The translations under genes were made by a program, and so were the position numbers. A DNA stretch of 64,000 nucleotides, taken from Leucoraja erinacea. Lineage: Eukaryota. Below, one piece after another: positions 26,147 to 38,133 of the stretch. Positions within the stretch are counted from its first letter, which is position 1, and each line of letters opens with the position of its first letter. The stretch covers positions 75,888,001 to 75,952,000 of the forward strand of contig NC_073378.1 of assembly GCF_028641065.1 (NCBI RefSeq). The letters are read 5' to 3'. Below the pieces are notes generated by a model. It was not told the origin of the DNA and did not search any database. It saw only the letters and a list, made by a program, of their open reading frames with translations.

Positions 26147-26360
26147 ATGGAGAGGTACGAGGCTGCCATGGTCCTTGGAGCACTCGGGAATGCCATGGGC
26201 TATTATAACGTTACGGGTCACGGGTGCAACAAAGCTGGATTCAAGCTGACCGAGTCTGATTTATCAGCAGAGATAGACATATTGGTTTTAAAACCATTTC
26301 AGTGGAGGGCTCCGTTCGATACGCTCATGCACATGGCGACCGCTGAAGCTTTGGTTAGTG
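26147..26360 (+). CDS. First coding exon of a divergent ADP-ribosylhydrolase family gene (ADPRHL1/ARH2-like), nested antisense in trio intron 5; rest of gene not found, functional status unknown
   Basis: gcaATGG start; 71 open codons MERYEAAMVLGALGNAMGYYNV...IDILVLKPFQWRAPFDTLMHMATAEALVS plus 1 nt, then donor G|GTGAGT. Matches the ARH1/ARH2 N-terminus (ME.. AAM.L...GDALGY.N ... W.VSD[DN]T.MH.ATAEAL). Length and phase equal ADPRHL1 exon 1 as I recall it. Confidence 0.82.
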
Positions 26361-26914
26361 GTGAGTTTTCTACTCTCGAGTCTTATTCTTTATTGTTTAT
26401 GTATGACTCCAGTTTGTCCCATGGTATTGTTATCCATCTTGCTTGCCTTACACACTGCCCGCCCACCAACACGCTTCATTCACACGAATACATGACACAC
26501 ATAATCCTCGCGTGTTGTGTACTATGCTGGCACTAAAGTAGAAATAAACGCTTCGGGTATCACTGCTCCAGTGCTGCCCACCTCTTGCTTCGGGCGACTC
26601 TCTAACAACTTGCAGTTTTTAACATGCGATTTTATCCATCGCATTTTCCGTTTAGTTTCACAAGCTCTCGGAAATGCTCAACATTCATGAACGCGCCATT
26701 ACAAAACGAATCGTATCCCTTTCGTCCAGATTTGGATGAGAAATCTAATCTTCGGATTACTTCACAATACCGACCTTAGTTTCAATCTTCATGGTAACTG
26801 TGAACGTACTGACTGGGGTACCTTGGAAAGTAGACCCGAGGTCCTGTCAAAGCACATCCTCCCCCCCACCCCAGTTACTTTTCAAAAGATGCCATCATTA
26901 AAAAATACCTTAAT

Positions 26915-27105
26915 TCACGGTTGGCTCAAGAGTAACTCGGGAGACGAACTTGGAACATCGCAGAAATGACAAGTGAATGGCAAACTTGTCATACCCGTGG
27001 GAACTCGGTTAAACTCTTGATCATACACTTGGAATCTCGTACACAACCACGAGTCTTTCACTGGGGGTACCTCGTCGGTCAGCTTGCACCGTGAGACAGG
27101 GCTAT
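26915..27105. mobile_element. Degenerate Harbinger-like MITE fragment (one TIR)
   Basis: Ends cttgcaccgtgagacagggcta, resembling the right TIR cttgtaccgtgggacagggcca at 3543-3564. Confidence 0.45.
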
Positions 27106-28544
27106 AAGGACCTTTTTTCAGGCAAATTTCAAGAGAGAGTTAGATGCGACTCTTAGGGCCAAAGGAGTCAAAGGATATGGGGAAAAAACAGAAGAGGGTA
27201 CTGATTTTAGATGATCAGTCATATTGAAAGTGCTGGATTGTAGTATGCCAAATGGCCTACTCATGCATCCATTTTTTTCTATGTTTTTCTCTATAGAAAT
27301 TGCTCTTTCAATCTACCGTTTATGCCAACTATGATGCCTATCTATGCTGACCTACCTGCTTATATTAAGTTCAGATCCCTCTTCACCTTTTATATCTAAG
27401 CCTATGTCCAAAGTACCTGACTTTATGACAAACTGCCGGAGGAGGGTAGTTCCGTTTATTTGGTTCATAAAAGCTTTTGTTTGCGTACTATCCAGTCAAA
27501 AAAATGACTATACGTGATAACAATCAAGCCATCCTCTTAAACAATCAAGCCATCTGTACACAGATAAAGGATAAAGTCTGAGGTAGTTGTTGCAGGTACT
27601 ATAACAACATTTATAGGTTCATGGATAGGAAAGGTTTGAAGGGATGTGGGCCAAACACAGGCAGGTAAGACCAGTGTAGATGGGGTTTCTTGGTCAGCAT
27701 AGGCAAGCAGGGCCGAAGGGCCTGTTTCCGTGTTGTATGACTTTATGCCTTTAAGTGGTGGTAGCCTTGTTTAAGGCTGTGGATTCCAGAATATGAAAAC
27801 TTGATATTATAATTTAATGTTAAAAGAGAATGTGCTGTTTATCACTGAGAAGCAAATTGTTACTTGATTAGTGAATGGTAAAATCTCATTAACATTAGCA
27901 GCAATCAAATGTTGCAGTATTTAAGATAGTGTTAAATTTTAAGATAATTTCACTGGTAGTTTTTTTTTCCAATTCATAATTTTTATGTACAGATTTGGTA
28001 CATAAACCACAAAGGAACATAAATCATTACACTAATTATTACACTAAATGAAAACACTAATTACTTGAACTGCATGGGTGTTTTCCAAACAATAAACTTG
28101 AATGTTTTATTAATAGTCACACAGCATGGAAATTGGTCCTCTGGCCTAACTCGACCATGCCGACCAAAATGCCCCATCTAAGCTAGTCCTATTTGCCCGC
28201 CTCGGCATTGGCCCACATCCCTCTAATCCTTTCCTATCCATGTATCTGTCCAAATGTGTTTTAAATGCTTTTAGAGTAATAAGATGGCTGAGTAATGATT
28301 AAGAAGCAGGTAAATACTACATTCTAGTAAGCTACTAGATTAAAGTAGAATGAATGGTCAAGAATTGCGGTTTTCCATGAGATGGTAAAGGAAAATAGAG
28401 AAATCTCTTGAAATTTCTAAAATTTCTCTCAGTCTGTTGCCTCAGACAATATTCAAATTGGTGTAATGACGATTAGAAAGAAGAGGAGTTAGCACAAATG
28501 GTTAAAGGAACATAAGTTTGGATCTAATAAGAAATGGGGGAGTA

Positions 28545-28778
28545 TACTACACACACTATCCTACACACACTAGGGACAATTTTACATTTGTACCAAGCCA
28601 ATTAACCTACAAACCTGTACGTCTTTGGAGTGTGGGAGGAAACCGAAGATCTCAGAGAAAACCCACGTGCTCACGGGTGGAACATACAAACTCTGTATAG
28701 ACAACACCCGTAGTTGGGGTCTCTGGCTCTATAATCGCTGTAATGTAGCAACTCTACCGCTGCGCCACCATGCCGCCC
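28545..28778 (-). mobile_element. HE1-like tRNA-derived SINE
   Basis: Minus strand gggcggcatggTGGCGCAGCGGtagagttgct (A box); body gtctatacagagtttgtatgttc...ggtttgtaggttaattgg. Confidence 0.8.
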
Positions 28779-30149
28779 GTATATATTGGATTGATTACCT
28801 TATCTGATCCTAAATGAGCTGAAACACATAGTTCGTATTAATTCCGAATTCAGAGGTGGTTAATACAAGTCAAATCAGTCAATTAACTCTGTAACAACTT
28901 ATTTGCAGTCAATACTAGGGTATAATTTGACATTTGTACTCAGAAGTGGCATGAGTCTATATAAGATTGATAAGGGGAACATCCAAATCCTAATTATAAC
29001 GCTTTAGCAAAGGTAAAAATGGCACCCACCACACCCAAAAAGAGAATTTGACACCCAATACAAATGGAGAATTATTTCAAGATACATTCTCAGCATCAAA
29101 GCAAGAGGTCTACTAATGCTTGTCAGATTGTTTGTTGAACAATTCCTTCAGGGGGCATATTAGCAACGATTTCTGATGGTATTGATGTCCCCAGATCGAG
29201 ATAGTCACTATTTATAGGGAGTTTCACATTCATTGAATTTAAACAAAGTGTTGAGACCATGCCAGGAAAGAGCCTATGATGCTAACATTTCTTGATTGGG
29301 AACTCCCATGGAGTTGTACTTGAGTACTCCTCGCGTAATTTACTGCCAAATTAAGAGTAGCAACAAACAAATCGGTTTGCTTTGGTCTAATGAATAACTT
29401 ACCTTGCTCTGATTAATGTGGGAAACATTATGCAACCATTATGGTTGCTTTTCAATAACCAGAAACAAATTTGACAGGTAATGAAGCCATGAATTGGCAG
29501 CATGCATTGTACATAATGACCAAATGCAAAGCAAGTGTGAACACAGTTCACCCTCATTATTATGGACTTCTTTATAATGGATTTCAGTTAAAGCATACAG
29601 AGCATCCACACAATAATCATACACCAATATCTCGAACAATTTTTGGAGTTCATCCATGCGGTCTTTAAATCTTTACCATTGCATCTCCACCCTCAACCCT
29701 TTAAGTATAATTTGCCAGTCTATCTTAGCCAATTACCATCTCATACCTTCAACTATGATCATCAGCTATGATCTAATGGTGGATCAAAATGGATGGGCCG
29801 AATTCTTCTCCTATGTCTACTCCTAAAGTCTACAGAGGCTGTGCACGCTGGTCCTAGACTCTCCCACTACTTGTAAATGTCCTCTCCCCATCCAATCTAT
29901 ATTTGCCTTTTTGTGCCTTGTCTTTTCTTTTGTACAAATTTGAACATATAACTTTGTTCTTTTCTGTAAGTCCGTTTTTCAGTTTAAAGTTTTGTCTGCA
30001 GTCCTAGTTTGATGATTCATCAGGAAACTGGCTGCAGTCTAGTTTCAATGCATCATGACACTTTGGAATAGCTTTCTTTGTCTGGATGCAGAATAAAGTG
30101 CAAAACTAAAAGTGAGGAGGGAAAGTGATGTCCGAGAAGAAAGTGAAGT

Positions 30150-31800
30150 ATGAAAGGATATCTTTCAAAAGGTGGCAGGTGGAATGTAATATGGTAAAAT
30201 TTGAAGTTCTAAACATTGGCATGACATACAGAAAATAGCATGTTTAAATGGTCAGAAACTTCTAAACGTCATTGTACAAAAGGATCAGTGTGCTGGTTCG
30301 TGTGATTCAGAACGTTCACATGGGAAAACAATGATTGTACAAAAGTGAGAAGCCCTGCTACATTTGTACAGAGCCTTGGTCTAAATCCAAGGTGCATTAT
30401 AAACTTTCTATGCTAATTTTGCGATTAAGCGTTTGTCCCACAAAACACTGAGATAGATTAGCCTTTTCCTGTAAACAGGAGGAACCTCAGATGCTGGTTT
30501 ATAAAAGAAGTCTCAACCCGAAAGGTCATTTATCCACTTTCTCCAGAGATCCTGCCTGAGCTGCTGAGTTACTCCAACGGTCTTTCTCGCCTGTTCCTAC
30601 TAGATTTAATAAGATTAAGTTGTTCATCATGAAAATAAAAGGCTTGGAGAGGGATGGAAAGGTTAGAACTTGAAAGGCTTCTCAAAGGTGAACGCAAAGT
30701 TTAGTTTATTGCCAAGTGGACTAAGGTACAGTGAAAAGCCTTTTGTTGCAAGCTATCCAGTCAGTGGAAAGACTACACATGATTACAATCAGGCCGTCCA
30801 CAGTGTACAGACTGTACAAAGAGTCTACAAAGAGCAACAGATAGGTTAAGAGGCTCGGCAAAGATATGGCAGGGAGTACAATGTGCGGAAATGAGGTGAT
30901 CCACCGATAGAAAAACAGAATTTTGTTTAGAAGACAAGACATTACAGATTTTTTTTTAATATGGAAGAATGGGTATACTTGTACATGAAACACCGCGTTA
31001 GCATGCAGGTACAGCAAGTGATCAGAAAGGCAAATGGAATAACAGACTTCATTAAAAAGGGAACAGAGCATGAAAGTTGAGACATTTTGATAAAACTTGC
31101 AGGGTCCTGGAGAGACCATGCATGGAGTACTGCATACAATTGTAATCTCGTTATTGAAGCTGGGATACATTTAAGCTGGGAGGCTGTTCAGAAAAGATGC
31201 ATAGATTGATTGATGAGATGAATGGCGTGGTCTTAATGAGGAAAGTTAGAGAAGTTTTGGGCTATACTCGTTGGTATTTAGAAAAATAAGAGGGAGTTTT
31301 ATTGATCCAAATTTTATTGAACTAGGAAGCCTGGTCTATAATAACTAGCTGCCATTTTAGTTCAAGATAAGGAATAATTCCTTTTCAGAGAATCATTGAT
31401 CTTTAGAATTCTCTCCCCCAGAGAGCTGGAGACTAAAATGTTAAATATATTCACGGCTTGGATAGACAGATACCATGCTTATCGAGGAATCAATGGTTGT
31501 GGGGAACAAGCAAGGAAGTAGAGCTGATGCTAAGATCAGATTTGCCATGACCTTATCAAATGGTGAAGCAAGATCAAGGGTCGGCATGGTCTACTTTTTT
31601 TTTCTTATCTTATGTTCACAACTTTTCAGGGTAGGGATTCAAAATTGAGTTGAGAAGATATTTCTTTACTCTGGGGCTTATTAATATGTGGAATTCTCCA
31701 AAGCAGAACAATATGCAACTGCACATATATAAGACAGGGATCAATGGATGTATGGAGAGTCATGAGATGAAGGGATAAGGGAAAAGTGGGCCTTTGTCAT
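30150..31800 (+). mobile_element. Old CR1 remnants with nested Penelope terminus (30475-30580) and a Rex-type 3' tail (30700-30810)
   Basis: Degenerate CR1 C-terminal and 3' UTR motifs; tttagtttattgccaagt...gtacagtgaaaagc tail. Confidence 0.55.
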
Positions 31801-32143
31801 TGAATTGCCCATGATCTTTTTGTGCAGCAGAGGTGTTTGAGAAAAACATGGCTTTGGTCATGGATAATGCAGGATTATGCCACTACATGTATTCAATGAA
31901 TAGATATCTTACTTATCCAACTGTACTTCAACAAAAAAAATGGCCTTGCTCCAAACCTGTAGGGCTGCACCACAATTAAAAATCTACTATCATTTTGCTC
32001 CGGGTTAATTGAAGCTCCGAGGTACCAGTTTATAACCTGCCGTTCAGTGCTGATCTGTTATTTTTTGATTCTGTGTTTTGACTATAATTGTGCTTTCACC
32101 GAGATTCATAGTATCTGCTGTGAAAATTTGTCTGTTCTCAGTA

Positions 32144-33458
32144 CAGGTGCACAACCTTTTATCCGAAGTTCCAAATAACGAAAACCTCCGAATAGCGACA
32201 TTTTTTCAGTCCTTGAAGAAAGGTCCTTGAAAACGTTCACCGAGGACGGCCCGCAGAGGTGACAGCGGAACCTCCGGTCGGTCCTCGAAGAAAGGGGAAC
32301 TAAATCCCCATTCATAAAAGAGAAGGTGAGGGTATATTGCGCGGGAGGGTTAATAATTGACAATCTTCTGCTGCCTGCCAGCTGAGTTAAAAAGTTCCCA
32401 CGGTAGACACGTTACACAGTGTATCGTGAGTCTTGCATGAGAACTTTTTAACTCAGCGGGCAGGCAGCAGCAAATTGCCGCTCCCCTAAGTTTCAATATG
32501 AAGGAACCCCTCTGATTCCAGGCCATGTGTGTGACACCCTTCCCTCCCCTCTCCAGCTCCCCGCCCATTGACAGCTTCGCGGGGGTTTTGCAATGAAAGA
32601 GAAACGTTGAGCTAGTGCCAGTCACCGGAGGTCAGGACCAACGGGACACTGTGCCCCCAGGCCCACTGCAAGCACGGATCTGGGATCTCTGGGATGTGCT
32701 TGCAGTGGGCCAGGGGGTCGGTGTCAATGAGGGTTCGCAGCTCGGGCAAGCGATTATGCCACTTGTCTCTGTAGCGGCCCATATGAGCGGGTTCCTGTTG
32801 GCTGAATCTATTGCCGTCCCCCTGGACAGGGTTGAGAGACGTCAGAAAACCAGAAGCCGCTCCCCGATTGTGCGCCGCTACAGCATCAAGTGGCAGTTCG
32901 CCCACAGCCCGAGCTGCGCCCCCTCATCGGGACACCGACCCCCAGGCCCACTGCAAGCACGGAGATCCCAGAGACTCACAGCCAGCAACAACTCTAGCCC
33001 AGCCCCGCTCCAACTCCAGAGGAACCCGGGTTGCAGATGAGAGGGCGCAGCTCGGGCTGTGGGCGAACTGCCACTTGTCGCCTTAGCGGCGCATCGGGCA
33101 GCGGATTCCTCTGGAGTTGGAGGGACAGGGAGACACAGCAGCTTTTGAGAATGGTGGGCAATCACTTCCAAAGTTCTGCCCACACAGTCAGTACACCTCT
33201 TCCTACACTTGTCTCCCGCACTAAGATTATCTCGCAGAGAATGATCCCAGCCTAACCCTCCCTATTCTCTCCTATTCTGCAAGAAAAAACTACATTGAAG
33301 ACTCAAACTCGCGTTCGAGTAACTGCCGGGATCGAGGCGCAAACTCGCGACCAGCCGTTAAAATCTACGCTAAAAATCTTCCATTCCGAAAGCCGAAAAA
33401 TTCTGAATTACGAAAAGTGTCTGGTCCCAAGGCTTTCGGATAAAAGGTTGTGCACCTG
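32144..33458. mobile_element. Non-autonomous Tc1/mariner-superfamily (pogo/Tigger-like) element
   Basis: Perfect 24-bp TIRs caggtgcacaaccttttatccgaa, TA on both sides, GC-rich interior with hairpins, no transposase ORF. Confidence 0.88.
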
Positions 33459-33469
33459 TATAAGTCTCA

Positions 33470-35170
33470 GAAAATGTCCACTAATCAGTGGAGAACAAAA
33501 TGCCTCGAATGAAGAAGTTAACATAGTAAAACAAGAAGGAGAAATTGTTGGGAACGAAAGCTTGTAATTTCCAGGAACACGATAAATTTTCAAGATATCA
33601 AAGACATATTAGATGCATTGACAGTCATCTTCCAAAGTGCCATTGATTTTTTTTGGATTTGATTTTGAATGGCTCCTATAAATTGGAAAGTAGTAAATTA
33701 ACCCCACTATTTAAGAAAGGAAGGAGGGAGGAAATAGGAAACTACAGTTAGCCTGACATCAATATGAAGGAAAACATGGGAATATATTATCAAAGTGGTA
33801 GCACTCACAAAATAATAATAGAATCGGACAGCTTCAAAGTAGGTCAATGAAAGAGAAATGTTTGATAAATCTTTTTTGAGGTTGTAATAAGCAAAGTGAA
33901 GGGGAACCAGTTGATGTGTGTTTGAACTTTCAGAAAGCCTTCAATAAGTTCCATACAAGAGATTATTAAATAAAATTAGAGCATATGAAATTGTTGGCAA
34001 TATATTGGTATGGATCAGGGATAGATTAGCACATAGAAAACAGAAATAAACAAGTTATTTTTGGATTGTGGGATCAGGGCCAGAGTTTCAGCTGCACACA
34101 ATAAACATCAATGGTTTGGATGACAGGGTTAATGTGAGATTAAGTACTCTGGGAGCAAAACAAAACCAGAAACCATTGAAAGTTTTAAAAGGCATTCAGA
34201 GTGTCCTATAAATTACTAAAAGACAATGGGCAATTAGAGCAAGCAATGGAAAGGCCCTGAGGTATTGTTGTAGAACAGAGAATGTTGGGGCGGCAGGTAC
34301 ATAGTTCCATGAAGTGGCCCCACAGTGGACAGGACTGTGAAAGCGGCACTTGAGATGCTTGCCGTTACCAGTCAAGGTATTGAGTACATGAGTTGGGACA
34401 CCTCATTTTACAGACGTACAAGATTTTGGGACGTAATGTTACAGATATACAAGGTGTTGGGACATCATGTTACAGATGTACAAGACAATGGTAACTTTTG
34501 TGAATATCCTAAATACATTTGAAGTATTGGCTACATTTCTAGACACCCTGCTATAAGAAGGATGTCATTAAGATGCATAGCATGCAAAAAGGATTTGCGA
34601 AGTTGTGACTGGACTGGAGGGTTTAAATTACATCAACAGGCTGGGTAAACTGGGTCTCTTTTCTCAGGAGCAGAGAATGCTGAACGACAATCTTACAGAG
34701 AGTGGTATATAAAATCATGAAGGACAACGTTTAAAAGACATTTAGACAGGTTCATGCTAACGATTGGATGGCTATAGGCCAGGCATTGGCAAGCCAGACA
34801 ACCTCATTTAGGCAACTTGGTCGGCACAGATAAGGTGGGCCAAAGGGCCTGTTTCCATGTTGTATAGCTCTAAGATCCTATAGCTCCAAGTAAAAGACAA
34901 ATGATACGTTGACCAGTATTAGGATCCAAGAATAAGAGTCAATCTTGCTGCTTCATGGTAGGGTGCTGGTGAGCTGCCTTTGGAATATTTTATCCTGGTT
35001 TGCTCTCCCTGCCCAAGGGGAAATATATTTGCAACAGAGTGCAACAAAGTTTTATTCCGTTGATTCTTGATATGGGAAGTTTGTGCTAATAGAAGAGATT
35101 AAGCAGATACTCTCCAAATTTCAATGGCTGAGAGGTGAACTCATTGAAAACTTCAAAATTCTAAGGTGGG
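33470..35170 (+). mobile_element. Cluster of old CR1 RT and 3' remnants
   Basis: ccactatttaagaaagg (PLFKKG) and ctttcagaaagccttcaataagttcca (FQKAF.K.P) motifs. Confidence 0.7.
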
Positions 35171-36189
35171 AAAATTGAGTAGAAATTTAGCTGCAATCTT
35201 GTGAACAGTACACCAGGCTGGATGAGTCACACCCAATCCTACTTACATTCTTGTGTTCTTTTCATGTGAAGGGTTTAAAAACATGTTTAAAGCCTTGATT
35301 TTTTTAACTCAACTTGAATTTGTTATGGGTAAAAGATCAGGATGAGAGACAATGGATACAAACTTGATGTTCCGTGTGGAAACACAGGAACTGTCCCCAG
35401 CATTATATATGATACAGATGAAAGAATACATCCAAGTAAATTGATGACACCAAGTTAACAAATAAGGGACAACATTCAAAAGGGACACTGACAGATTTTG
35501 AAAACTGACAGATTGAAAAATCTGCAACACTATGAACTTCAATTAGAAGTATGAGTCTTTCCTATTTGGATCCAAGAAAATTTAGGGACCCAAGTACATA
35601 AATCTCCCACGACTGACAGGTACAAGATACAATGAAAGAGGTTAATGGGATAGCATCCTCTATCTTTAAAGATTCACAAAAAAACAGGAAAAGGTTTGGA
35701 ATTTAAGGATGTTTTATTAATTTTAAGCTTTGGATCAAGCCCATTTGGTTCAGTTCTGAACACCACTTTTCAGGTTATGGGGTGATGACAGGAGGAATAC
35801 CTTCAAACTAAATGTAATGGAAATATGGGAAATGTCACCCCTCTGCCCCTTTACCCCTTCCTTCTACTCCTCCTATTCCCCCCCCCCCCTCACCTTCCCC
35901 ACCCCCACACAACGCCCATTTCCCCCACCACTATCTTCCCATAACATACCGATTCCTGCCATTACAAAGAGTGCTGGAACCATAATCTTTTTAACCCTGT
36001 GAACCAAAAGCTGGAAAAGACTGTTTTCCTCAGTTGTCACAAATAAGATGGACTGAATGGCTTCCTCGTGTACTATAAATTTCAATGGTTCTCAGCACAC
36101 TTGAATTTAAATTAACTTTGGAAATAACAATATCACTCCAAAACCAGCCAAGATTGTTAATGCAACCTAAATGGCTTATCAATCCTTAC

Positions 36190-36702
36190 CTTTTCTGCAT
36201 CTTGTTCAAACAGCCTTAGCTGAAAGCATTGATCGAGTTTCAGCTTGCGTATATGCCACATCTGATGCAGATGCTGTCTGGTTGAGTGTAGTCTGTCCAA
36301 CATACTGGACACTTTTGGTACAAGGCCCTGAAAATCTGCATTCCCTGATATCGAGTTTTTATGGGGAAAACTTTCACTGCTTTGAATCCTTTGCAGCAAT
36401 TTTTGCCCTTCTAGATCTAGTTCTTCAATTGGAGCTTTGATTACTTTCTTCTTCAGCAGCGAATGTTCATCAATCATCTTTCTTGCTCCTTCCAAGTCCT
36501 GAGGGAAGTCTTTTTTGGCGAGCATTTCCTGTAGCTCTTCCAGCCTGGACAACATGTGTGATGCATTGCTTATAAAGTCTTCAAAGGCCACACGAATTTC
36601 AATCCATTCATCGTGGTTGTAGTCCAGGCAGCCATCAAACTCCGGAGTAAGCTGCGATGGGTCAACTACTTTGGTGAGACCTTCTATGGACACCATGTTG
36701 GT
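36190..36702 (-). CDS. trio: Trio exon 5-equivalent (513 nt), end of SEC14 and first spectrin repeat
   Basis: TNMVSIEGLTKVVDPSQLTPEFDG...LRLFEQDAEK; gcttttag| and |gtaagg; phase 0/0. Residues fit TRIO better than KALRN as I recall them. Confidence 0.97.
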
Positions 36703-38005
36703 CTAAAAGCAGAGAACATGTTACCAAATTGGATAATAAGTCACTATCAAAGATTACACTTATGTGAAACTTATTACACTGCTTGAAAAATGCTTTTGTT
36801 TATGTTGGCAGAACTCCGGATTTACATTTTTTACGGATCTGATTTTCTCTCCAGTAAAGATAGCATGGATTTCTTTTAAAAGACATGGCCACCAAGAATC
36901 ATATATCAAACTTTAGAAACTTATAGGATATATAGTTTAAAATCAACTTAAATATTTCACCCCCACCCAGAGGGAAGTATATAGTATTCTCTGCAAAAAA
37001 GGAACAGCCTACCAAGAGATTGAGGTACAAACCAACACTACTTGCAGAACTTTAGTGCAATCTCAAAACCTGCCGCAAAAACCTGCAGCAAAAAAAAAAT
37101 AAAAAATTTCCATTAATAAAACAATCAACGTCAGGCACTTCATTAAATGTTTTATTGTATACCTAGTTTGTGAAGTAATTAATTTCAAGTTTTACGATCT
37201 CTAAACAGTTCCTGAACTTTTGTTTGGAATGTCCAGTGGCTATTGCAGACTTTTTGATAACTGAATGAGTAGTTTTACTTTAAACTGTACCTTGTTTACA
37301 CATTTGCTTCAACTGTGTCACCTCCACTCTATCCAGCCTTACGCAATTTCCTACCGTCTATTCCAATGGACCCAAAACATTTCAAGCAACAGCTTCTCTC
37401 ACTGCTTCACAACTTCCAGCTAGAGAGCCCCTTGAATTTTATATTTAACCTCTTTGTCTCCAATACAGTTTCTCTCTTCACAACATTGTCGGGAAGCAAC
37501 AATTCAATTTTCATTAATGCACTCTTGCTCTATATTTCCACCACCTACTGTCACTGCCAACACTATCCTTTCAGACTGCTTTTAAAATACCAACTCATGC
37601 AACACATCTTTTATTAGGAAAGAGATATAATTTATTGTCACCCTCCACCATTTTCTCTAGTTCCTTCCACTGGCTAATACTTAAATTGAAGCAGGCTGCC
37701 CAAAGCTTCAATACACTGATTGTGAATTTAACTAAATTTCTAACTTAACTACCATTCTTCACTAAGGCTACCTAATCAAACTTTTCCATCCCACGGTAAC
37801 CACTGAATTACTGAAATCTTTAACTGGAGTTCTGTCGAATCAAAATCGACTTTCATTTCCTATTTTTCTAGGTTTCCATAATCCGCACTCATCAGATTTT
37901 ACCTTGCTCAAAATGCAACCATTTTAAATTTCCCTCACATTGTCCCACATGACCATCACCTTTATCTTGCTGACTTGTAGCAAACTGTTCTACTCCAACA
38001 TAAAC

Positions 38006-38133
38006 TCTGAAGAAGGGTCTCGACCTGAAACGACTCCTATTCCTTTTCTCCAGAGATGCTGTCTGATCTGTTGAGTTCCTCCAGCTTTTTGTGTCTATTT
38101 TTGGTTTAAACCAGCATCTGCAGTTCCTTCCTC
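38006..38133 (+). mobile_element. Solo Penelope terminus with hammerhead-like motif
   Basis: ctctgaagaagggtctcgacctgaaacgactcc...aaaccagcatctgcagttccttcc. Confidence 0.8.

Noticed and set aside
26730-26793. Acceptor-like ccctttcgtccag and donor-like ATG|gtaac as candidate exon 2 of the ARH-like gene
   Set aside because: Phase-1 reading gives DLDEKSNLRITSQYRP*, with no ARH similarity.
26000-27105. ARH-like exon captured inside a Harbinger (Pack-type) element
   Set aside because: Only one degenerate TIR (about 27085-27105) is visible; no matching left TIR or TSD upstream of the exon.
29190-29330. Possible decayed downstream ARH exon: AYDA (29272) followed 8 codons later by MELY, with GNS in another frame, resembling ADPRHL1 AYDALLAAGNSWTELC; also IYREF and SVETMPGK nearby
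   Set aside because: In-frame stop, needs frameshifts, no clear splice sites, and short matches are expected by chance. A tBLASTn or HMM search would settle it.
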